NCBI GenBank assembly: GCA_964016885.1
Contig: OZ024743.1
Coordinates: forward strand, 277,202,001-277,266,000
DNA length: 64,000 nucleotides
Source: Eledone cirrhosa
Taxonomy: Eukaryota
Direction: 5' to 3'
Shown: positions 1 to 8,700 of the stretch, one piece after another
Layout of the letters: each line of letters starts with the position of its first letter
Numbering within the stretch: position 1 is the stretch's first letter
The notes under the pieces: generated by a model
Databases searched by the model: none
Seen by the model: the letters and a program-made list of their open reading frames with translations, nothing else
What the model was told of the DNA's origin: nothing
Position numbers and translations under genes: made by a program

Positions 1-304
1 CCCATTTTTATGTTTATTGGTCAAGCATTTGTTTATGGTCCGATGCTTTTTAGTAGGTAGGAATGTTTAAATGAACTATTGACCCGATCTGTTTTTGTTA
101 TGTAGAAATGTATTGTTTTGAAAGTGGTCATAGTGTGAAGGAACTATTGACCTGGTCATCTTTTATTAATGGTTCTTTGGTCAAGCGCTTCGTTTGCTAT
201 ACACCTGCTACAATGAATATAGACGCGCGTTAATGAAGTATGGTACGCCTCATTTACACATAGAAAGAGACACAAATGAAATCATATATAATGATACGTA
301 CATA

Positions 305-502
305 TACGAAGGTAGCCCGAAAAGTTCATAGGTTGACAATGAAGGAGTGATGCTAGAGGTGGGAAATCTTACATGCATTAATTTCAAATTTCTTTATTAA
401 TAACTGCATTGTTTCTTTCCAAGGACTATGTTGAAAAACCTCATTTGGACATTCCATGAGAATATCTTGGTCAGCTTATGAACCTTTCAACCGACCCTCG
501 TA
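305..502. mobile_element. Tc1/mariner-type MITE (non-autonomous, ~194 bp) with TA flanks
   Basis: Left end TACGAAGGTAGCCCGAAAAGTTCATAGGTTGAC vs reverse complement of right end TACGAGGGTCGGTTGAAAGGTTCATAAGCTGAC: 25/33 identical, imperfect TIRs. TA at 305-306 and 501-502. No transposase. Confidence 0.75.
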
Positions 503-509
503 TGATGAT

Positions 510-697
510 CGTCGGGAAACTGCTATAGGGTATCTGGTTATAACTTTTTACATTCTGGTTTCAAATGCTACCGAGGCCAACTTTGCCTTTCTTCATTCCG
601 GGGTCGATAAAATAGAGTTCCAATCAAGTAGTGGGGTCAATAACGTCGACATTTCCCTCCTCCCACACTGCAGGTCTTGTGCATAAATGTGAAAACC
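510..697 (+). mobile_element. Degenerate tRNA-derived SINE with Nin/Deu-like central domain (Octopus-type)
   Basis: B-box-like GGTTTCAAATGC followed by CCGAGGCCAACTTTGCCTTTCTTCATTCCGGGGTCGATAAAATAGAGTTCCA...GGGGTCAAT. This resembles my recollection of the conserved SINE core GCCTTTCATCCTTYCGRGGTCGATAAA. Recognised from memory, not by database search. Confidence 0.65.
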
Positions 698-1064
698 CTA
701 TTTCTAAGATTACCAACATGGTATTCTAGATAAACATTTCACTATATCCGAGTAGCAGCGATATCTCATATTGTTCTAGAGAAGATTCAAGTTGATCAGC
801 CAGTATCCGTTAGTTTTTGCACTCTGAATCTTTTTATCTTCGAATATTCACCCGTTCGATACATCGTTCTATATAACCAGCTCCCCTCCTTATCTTCAGT
901 TAGATGTTAAATACTTTTGTTCCGTCTTCGGATAGATGGATCGATAACCGATATAAAGAACACGGAAATGGAAGCCAACTTGCTTTTTGATTCTATTCTC
1001 TAGTCATATCCTCCATGTCAGCCCACCTCCCAATACATGCACCTCGATTATTCTCCTCTGTAGT

Positions 1065-1216
1065 AACACCAACACCAACGCCAACACCAACACCAATAAC
1101 ACCACCAATACAAACACCAACACCAACACACTAACACACCAGCACAAACACCTACACCATCAGCACTAACACACCAACATCAACCAATACCAACACCAAC
1201 ACCAACACCAACACCA
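1065..1216 (+). repeat. Degenerate (AACACC)n hexanucleotide repeat
   Basis: aacacc aacacc aacgcc aacacc aacacc aataacacc... seen directly. Confidence 0.9.
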
Positions 1217-1437
1217 AAACTTCGATGCTGCCTGAATGATCAATGTATCTCATTTCAAGTTGATATTTAATGCCTAACTTTCATAAATCTTTAGTCGTAT
1301 GTTCTGTCATCTTCCATGTGTTGCACCATTAATAAGATCTTCACAGATCGCATGGGAATTAAAGAATGTTTTAGAAACTCCCAAGCTGCTTATTATGACT
1401 TCATATCCGAATACGATCACCAACAGATCTCCTCTTA

Positions 1438-1580
1438 TCAATAATGCTGATAATATTAATAATACTAATACTAATAATAATAATTATAAAACAATAACAA
1501 CATCAATGACGATGGTGATGATGATGATGACAATAATATAATGATAATACTAATAATAAGCATACAATGATGACAATGGC
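1438..1580 (+). repeat. Compound (AAT)n/(GAT)n trinucleotide microsatellite
   Basis: aataatactaatactaataataataat...gatggtgatgatgatgatgac. Confidence 0.85.
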
Positions 1581-1669
1581 AGCAATAAATTCAATAAGGG
1601 ATCAATTATTAATAATTAAGTGTATTTTTAATTGAACATTTATTTGGGAACATAAAAAGACATGGGATT

Positions 1670-1761
1670 TGTGAGTGTATGTATGTGTGTGTATGTATAT
1701 GTATTGCATATTTATGTGAGTGCAGATGTGTACGCGATATTATTCGTTTCAGATGGCGAAT

Positions 1762-1796
<35 letters not shown>

Positions 1797-1903
1797 CTCT
1801 CACACACACACTAACACACACACGCACACACACACACCCACACGTACACACACATACACACACGCGCGCGCGCACATACACACCCATATATATATATATA
1901 TAG
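1670..1903. repeat. Compound (TG)n/(CA)n/(TA)n dinucleotide microsatellite
   Basis: Seen directly; source of the HT/YI/CV ORFs in the ORF track. Confidence 0.95.
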
Positions 1904-1969
1904 ATGCATGCATAGATGTACATTTTCATTCGTGTGTTTCTGTGTGAATATGTATATTGTGTATGTGTA

Positions 1970-3040
1970 GAGGAAAAACAAATACCGTCAAAAAGATTTT
2001 ATTGAGCCTGAATCCCCTAAAAAAACATTGGCTTTTTGATCTAAGGATCGTCTCATTGATTCATAGCTTAGTTCTGCTGAAGCAGCCAACCTTGTAATTG
2101 ATTTCTTTGTCATGTAATACAATTTTGTTAGATAATTGATTGAAAGATCTAACCTAACCCTCACCTGTTTTGTTTTGTTTTAGCTTTTAAAATTAACAAG
2201 CACAAATTGTAATTTTATTTTGTATATATTTTGTTGTTGTTGTTGCTGTTGTTGATGTATTTTTCCCGTAGCTTCAAGACGTTGATGTTTTTTTCCTAAG
2301 ACGGTTAGGGAGACAGAATTACATGATTCCACATCTGAAAGAGTGGAGTGGCTTTTATTGTTTACTTTAACTTGAATTTTTTTTTCTTCTACGTTTTATA
2401 TTATTGCGCATTTGTCTAACACGCATACTCGGCGGGTTTCCTTGATATTATATTTTTGTGAGGTAAATTCTCATTTTTGGATTTCTGTTTTTAAAAAAAA
2501 GCATAATATCTAACATAATAAATGAATGCTAAGCTAATGTTGGAGCCTCTACGTTATTGCTCGACCTGCTAGAAAAAGAGGCCAACTCTTCTTGAAACTA
2601 GTGGTAAAAAACACCCAGGAGAGCAGGACAAGAGATGGTCTTCAGAGAAGAGACCCCATCACGCAAGTGTTTCGGCCCATACTTTTTTTTAATAAAAAAA
2701 AGACATTCATTAGATAATGTTGTCCTAAATACATTGTTTCAAAAATACACAGAAAAATCCTAACTAGAGTATTGTTGGAACACAGGTTTGTTTTATAAAG
2801 ACAGACTTGGGATAAAGAATAACAACAAAAATATTTAAATTTGTTATATTTTCAATTGTTCTTTTTAGATACGCTGGGTTTTATGATGTTAAAACTTTCA
2901 CAGCCTCTAATATCGAGGGAGCAAAACCTGGACAGCCTGAAATGTGCTGGTCCATTGTCTCATTACATTGTTTGTATATGCATTATTTGATGATGTTAGC
3001 ATTTTTATATTATTATATTTTTGTAATTATTTGTGACTAG
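1970..3040 (+). pseudogene. Possible decayed compact multi-exon gene fragment (unidentified)
   Basis: Alternating GT...(T-rich)AG intervals at 2094-2183 (CTAAC branch-like motifs), 2209-2271, 2304-2393 (ends ACG, not AG) and 2463-2868. The joined pieces give one frame with an internal TGA. No family recognised. Confidence 0.2.
2537..2790 (+). mobile_element. Probable interspersed-repeat (SINE 3'-part-like) fragment, apparently interrupted at ~2600-2678
   Basis: TTGCTCGACCTGCTAGAAA...GCCAA and AAAAAAAGACA...GATAATGTTGTCCTA resemble a common octopus repeat as I recall it; not verified. Confidence 0.3.
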
Positions 3041-3810
3041 GCATGTATGTGGTCTAGCAACAATATAGCGTTCTGTTTCTGTTTTAACCTAGCGTTTATT
3101 TTTTACAAATCTTCCGTTAGTATATTTTGGAATTCAATATCATTTTTTAACCTTTTCTCTTGTTTTATTAGTATCTAAATCTTTTTGCTCGGTATAATTA
3201 GTTTCCAGTTAGTACTACATTGTTTCCTTATATACAGAGGTGGTTTGGTTTTCTTCACATTTCCATATAAGAGAAATCTCTTTGCTTGCTTCTAAATATA
3301 TTTATTGCCTCACTGCTAGTACTGTACCGTAGTGTTGTTCTATTATTCCCACCTCTACGGAACGGGAAGAGAGAAGAAACGCACATTTTTTATGAATACA
3401 CTCCAGTTTTTGTCACATGAAACCTTACTAAACCCCGCCAAAAAAGAAAAAAAAAATTGAAAACCAGTGATTGTTATGGTCGACTCGATTTATGACGCGT
3501 GAGAATGACTTTCTAACTGCTTAACATATATTAACAATCGTTCAAATTTTTGGTGGTAAATTATCGAGGGGAGAAATATGAAGGTTAATAAAATCTGTGT
3601 TTGATAGAGTGTAACGGGTGTTTGAGGGGGAAGTTCATATCGCTGTTTCTTCACTATGAAAAATGAATCAGTACTGAAAATCACCTATTATATAGTTTAC
3701 CTATGATCTACATACACTCATATATACACATGCACATACACATACATACACATAGTTTGAGAGTATATATATGTGTATATATTTATATATACATGAAACA
3801 CACTCATACT

Positions 3811-3814
<4 letters not shown>

Positions 3815-3847
<33 letters not shown>
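3815..3847. repeat. (TA)n microsatellite
   Basis: Seen directly. Confidence 0.95.
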
Positions 3848-3850
<3 letters not shown>

Positions 3851-3902
3851 GAATAAACAAGAGAGATGAACACTAATATAAACATACATGTGTTCGAATA
3901 AT

Positions 3903-3999
3903 AATGACTTCTACAGGACTAGAACTTTCATTCAGAGGAAATCATCGGGCTTTCATGATGATTTTCTCCGAATGAAACATTTCTAGTCCTGAAGCCATT
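3903..3999. repeat. Imperfect inverted repeat (hairpin), possible Penelope-like element terminus
   Basis: Left arm CAGGACTAGAA--CTTTCATTCAGAGGAAATCATC vs reverse complement of right arm CAGGACTAGAAATGTTTCATTCGGAGAAAATCATC. Extends outward (AATGACTT/AAGCCATT); loop ~10 nt. Confidence 0.8.
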
Positions 4000-4080
4000 T
4001 ATATATTAAATATTTATACTCTGGAATGTATTATTGAGTACCTTACTGTGGTTACCCCCGATTGAACATGGGATAAACAG

Positions 4081-4139
<59 letters not shown>
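4081..4139. repeat. (CT)n(TA)n compound microsatellite
   Basis: Seen directly. Confidence 0.95.
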
Positions 4140-4140
<1 letters not shown>

Positions 4141-4217
4141 CGAAGGAAATGTGGTGGTAAGGAACCAGAATTAGCCGTCGCAACGGCTTGAGCTCAGCCG
4201 TCGGGGTCCTACTCGTT

Positions 4218-4219
<2 letters not shown>

Positions 4220-4287
<68 letters not shown>

Positions 4288-4288
4288 C

Positions 4289-4366
<78 letters not shown>
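4220..4366. repeat. (TA)n(TG)n compound microsatellite
   Basis: Seen directly. Confidence 0.95.
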
Positions 4367-4367
<1 letters not shown>

Positions 4368-4434
4368 ATCAAGGTTTAGGAAATAAGAAAAAGTTTCAAA
4401 ATAAATTTCAAAAAATTCACTGTACTTACTATGG

Positions 4435-4436
4435 TA

Positions 4437-4498
<62 letters not shown>
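4435..4498. repeat. (TA)n microsatellite
   Basis: Seen directly. Confidence 0.95.
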
Positions 4499-4502
<4 letters not shown>

Positions 4503-4782
4503 CACACATACATAGTCACTAACACAAAAGGAGATAAGATTGATAAGCTAATAGCAACAGTATAAGTTACACTTAACTCCAACCAAGACACATTGAATGA
4601 ACGAACGATTGAGAAAATTGTTCTAAATCTAATTAACCTTGTCATATTAACTCCTTTTCAAACTAACAATAACTTCAGACCTACTTCACATGCCATCATT
4701 CCTTCTTCTTCTTCTTTATCTATTTAGTTTATTCCTGCATTGTATTTAGTATATACTGTTGCTGTTTGTTATTACTAAATCG

Positions 4783-5140
4783 CCATCGGCACCGTCATCG
4801 TCATCGCCGTCGTTGGTGTCTGCGGCTGTGACGTCATCATCATCATCATCATCATCACCCTCATCATCATCATCATCATCACTATTACCATCTTCATTTT
4901 GACCGAGCCTTAACGTTCTTCGATAGACCAGATTCCTTTCATCAACACCACAACAACCACAACCACCACTTCCACCCGACCACCACCACCCACCACCACC
5001 AATACCACCACCACTACCACCTTTTTCTTCTTCTTCTTCTTCTTCTTCTTAGCGAATTAGTAAAAGAGGGACAGAGAGAGAGAGAGAAAGAAAGAGAGAG
5101 AGAGAGACAGAGAGATAGAGAGACAGAGAGAGAGAGAGAG
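4783..5140 (+). repeat. Compound simple-repeat cluster: (CAT)n, (CAC/CAA)n, (CTT)n, (GA)n
   Basis: (CAT)n ~4834-4880; (CAC)n ~4944-5020; (CTT)n ~5024-5049; (GA)n ~5070-5140. Confidence 0.9.
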
Positions 5141-5159
5141 ACACTAGTGTGTGCAGACA

Positions 5160-5324
5160 CCTCAGACTCCTCAGACTTCTCAGACACGCCTTCCAGATGA
5201 TCCCATCCGCAGCAACCATCTCCAAATGATCCGGCTTGTTCCCCAAACCGACATCAACTGAGCTTACGGATGTATCCAATCATCTTGCTCGGGGTCTTTC
5301 TATGGATCTTTGTCCAGCGAGTCT
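5160..5324 (-). mobile_element. 3'-terminal remnant of an RTE-clade (Rex3/Expander-like) LINE ORF
   Basis: Minus-strand translation RLAGQRSIERPRAR*LDTSVSSVDVGLGNKPDHLEMVAADGIIWKACLRSL follows the RTE/Rex3 C-terminal pattern G[KR]RxxGRPRxRW...LG.P..L..VA.....W...LR. The conserved Trp is now TGA (5280-5282). Confidence 0.65.
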
Positions 5325-5326
5325 TA

Positions 5327-5462
5327 ATTTATTTTTTATTTACTTATTTATTTACTTATTTATTTATTTATATATATTTTTTTATTTATATATTTATTTA
5401 TTTATATATTTATTTGTTTATACATTTATTTACTTATATGTTTACTTATTTACTTACTTATT
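5327..5462 (+). repeat. Degenerate (TTTA)n tetranucleotide repeat
   Basis: tttatttacttatttatttacttatttatttattta... Confidence 0.9.
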
Positions 5463-5574
5463 GATGAAATAGTAGTGTCAGGATATCAGTGCCCACGTTG
5501 CCATGGTTGTGCGACTGTTGACATGCTTGTATCACTGTTGACATGTTAAAACGGGTATCTCTGATCTGACAGGT

Positions 5575-5674
5575 TTCTCTCTCTTTCACTACCCCTCTCA
5601 CTCTCTCCCTCCCTCTCTCCCTCTCCCTCCCTCTCTCCCTCTCTCTCACTCTCCCTCTTCTATCTCTTTCTCTT
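5575..5674 (+). repeat. (CT)n/(CCCT)n polypyrimidine tract
   Basis: Seen directly. Confidence 0.9.
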
Positions 5675-5730
5675 TTAAACGGATATTCGTTCGAATTTAA
5701 ATGCTAAATTTACTTACACACCCTTTTGTT

Positions 5731-8700
5731 CTATATTGTCCTACTTACATACAGAGTCCTACCAGCTAATGTTATAGTTGTGGTTGTTGTGGTTGGCGTT
5801 GTGGTGGTTTTGGTTGGCGTTGTGGTTGTTGTGGTTGGCGTTGTGGTTGTTGTGGTTGTGGTTGTGGTGGTTGGGGTGGTTGTGGTTGTTGTGGTTGGCG
5901 TTGTGGTGGTTGTGGTTGGCGTTGTGGTGGTTGTGGTTGGCGTTGTGGTGGTTGTGGTTGGCGTTGTGGTGGTTGTGGTTGGCGTTGTGGTGGTTGTGGA
6001 TGGCGTTGTGGTTGGAGTTGTGGTGGTTGTGGTTGGCGTTGTGGTTGTTGTGGTTGGCGTTGTGGTTGTTGTGGTTGGCGTTGTGGTTGTTGTGGTTGGC
6101 GTTGTGGTAGTTGTGGTTGGCGTTGTGGTGGTTGTGGTTGGCGTTGTGGTTGGCGTTGTGGTGGTTGTGGTTGGCGTTGTGGTGGTTGTGGTTGGTGTTG
6201 GGGTGGTTGTGGTCGGCGTTGTGGTTGTTGTGGTTGGCGTTGTGGTGGTTGTGGTTGGCGTTGTGGTGGTTGTGGTTGGCGTTGTGGTTGGCGTTGTGGT
6301 GGTTGTGGTTGGCGTTGTGGTGGTTGTGGTTGGCGTTGTGGTGGTTGTGGTTGGCGTTGTGGTGGTTTTGGTTGGCGTTGTGGTTGGAGTTGTGGTGGTT
6401 GTGGTTGGCGTTGTGGTTGTTGTGGTTGGCGTTGTGGTTGTTGTGGTTGGCGTTGTGGTGGTTGTGGTTGGCGTTGTGGTGGTTGTGGTTGGCGTTGTGG
6501 TTGGCGTTGTGGTGGTTGTGGTTGGCGATGTGGTGGTTGTGGTTGGCGTTGTGGTGGTTGTGGTTGGCGTTGTGGTGGTTGTGGTTGGCGTTGTGGTTGT
6601 TGTGGTTGGCGTTGTGATGATTGTGGTTGGCGTTGTGGTGGTTGTGGTTGGCGTTGTGGTTGTTGTGGTTGGCGTTGTGATGGTTGTGGTTGGCGTTGTG
6701 GTGGTTGTGGTTGGCGTTGTGGTTGGCGTTGTGGTGGTTGTGGTTGGCGTTGTGGTGGTTGTGGTTGGCGTTGTGGTGGTTGTGGTGGTTGTGGTTGGCG
6801 TTGTGGTGGTTGTGGTTGGCGTTGTGGTGGTTGTGGTTGGCGTTGTGGTGGTTGTGGTTGGCGTTGTGGTGGTTGTGGTTGTGGTTGGCGTTGTGGTGGT
6901 TGTGGTTCGCGTTGTGGTTGGCGTTGTGGTGGTTGTGGTTGGCGTTTTGGTGGTTGTGGTTGGCGTTGTGGTGGTTGTGGTTGGCGTTGTGGTGGTTGTG
7001 GTGGTTGTGGTGGTTGTGGTTGGCGTTGTGGTGGATGTGGTTGGCGTTGTGGTTTGCGTTGTGGTTGTTGTGGTTGGCGTTGTGATGGTTGTGGTTGGCG
7101 TTGTGGTGGTTGTGGTTGGCGTTGTGGTGGTTGTGGTTGGCGTTGTGGTGGTTGTGGTTGGCGTTGTGGTGGTTGTGGTTGGCGTTGTGGTGGTTGTGGT
7201 GGTTGTGGTTGGCGTTGTGGTGGTTGTGGTTGGCGTTGTGGTTGGCGTTGTGGTTGTTGTGGTTGGCGTTGTGGTGGTTGTGATTGGCGTTGTGGTGGTT
7301 GTGGTTGGCGTTGTGGTTGGCGTTGTGGTGGTTGTGGTTGGCGTTGTGGTGGTTGTGGTTGGCGTTGTGGTTGGCGTTGTGGTTGTTGTGGTTGGCGTTG
7401 TGGTGGTTGTGGTTGGCGTTGTGGTGGTTGTGGTTGGCGTTGTGGTGGTTGTGGTTGGCGTTGTGGTTGGCGTTGTGGTGGTTGTGGTTGGCGTTGTGGT
7501 TGGCGTTGTGGTTGTTGTGGTTGGAGTTGTGGTGGTTGTGGTTGGCGTTGTGGTTGTTGTGGTTGGCGTTGTGGTTGTTGTGGTTGGAGTTGTGGTGGTT
7601 GTGGTTGGCGTTGTGGTTGTTGTGGTTGGCGTTCTGGTTGTTGTGGTTGGCGTTGTGGTGGTTGTGGTGGTTGTGGTTGTTGTGGTTGGCGTTGTGGTTG
7701 TTGTGGTTGGCGTTGTGGTGGTTTTGGTTGGCGTTGTGGTTGTTGTGGTTGGCGTTGTGGTTGTTGTGGTTGGCGTTGTGGTGGTTGTGGTGGTTGTGGT
7801 TGTTGTGGTTGGCGTTGTGGTTGTTGTGGTTGGCGTTGTGGTGGTTGTGGTTGGCGTTGTGGTGGTTGTGGTTGGCGTTGTGGTGGTTGTGGTTGGCGTT
7901 GTGGTTGGAGTTGTGGTGGTTGTGGTTGGCGTTGTGGTTGTTGTGGTTGGCGTTGTGGTTGTTGTGGTTGGCGTTGTGGTTGTTGTGGTTGGCGTTGTGG
8001 TGGTTGTGGTTGGCGTTGTGGTTGGCGTTGTGGTGGTTGTGGTTGGCGTTGTGGTGGTTGTGGTTGGTGTTGGGGTGGTTGTGGTCGGCGTTGTGGTTGT
8101 TGTGGTTGGGGTTGTGGTGGTTGTGGTTGGCGTTGTGGTGGTTGTGGTTGGCGTTGTGGTTGGCGTTGTGGTGGTTGTGGTTGGCGTTGTGGTGGTTGTG
8201 GTTGGCGTTGTGGTGGTTTTGGTTGGCGTTGTGGTTGGAGTTGTGGTGGTTGTGGTTGGCATTGTGGTTGTTGTGGTTGGCGTTGTGGTGGTTGTGGTTG
8301 GCGTTGTGGTGGTTGTGGTTGGCGTTGTGGTGGTTGTGGTTGGCGTTGTGGTTGGCGTTGTGGTGGTTGTGGTTGGCGATGTGGTGGTTGTGGTTGGCGT
8401 TGTGGTGGTTGTGGTTGGCGTTGTGGTTGGCGTTGTGGTTGTTGTGGTTGGCGTTGTGATGGTTGTGGTTGGCGTTGTGGTGGTTGTGGTTGGCGTTGTG
8501 GTTGGCGTTGTGGTGGTTGTGGTTGGCGTTGTGGTGGTTGTGGTTGGCGTGGTGGTGGTTGTGGTTGGCGTTGTGGTGGTTGTGGTTGGCGTTGTGGTGG
8601 TTGTGGTTGGCGTTGTGGTGGTTGTGGTTGGCGTTGTGGTGGTTGTGGTTGTGGTTGGCGTTGTGGTGGTTGTGGTTGGCGTTGTGGTTGGCGTTGTGGT

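Noticed and set aside
17-186. Short repeated words TTGGTCAAGC (17, 177) and GAACTATTGACC (73, 141)
   Set aside because: Only two copies each, irregularly spaced and at the window edge; cannot be assigned
456-686. 76-aa ORF
   Set aside because: Spans the MITE right TIR and the SINE; chance ORF
2600-2680. Hammerhead-like GAAAC...CTGAAGA on minus strand
   Set aside because: Stem III is not followed by the required UH and stem II cannot pair
5514-5546. Direct repeat ACTGTTGACATG x2 (p53-half-site-like)
   Set aside because: Imperfect match and spacing; a small local duplication is the simpler explanation
987-5649. Short ORFs rich in HT, YI, CV, RE, NT
   Set aside because: Translations of microsatellites
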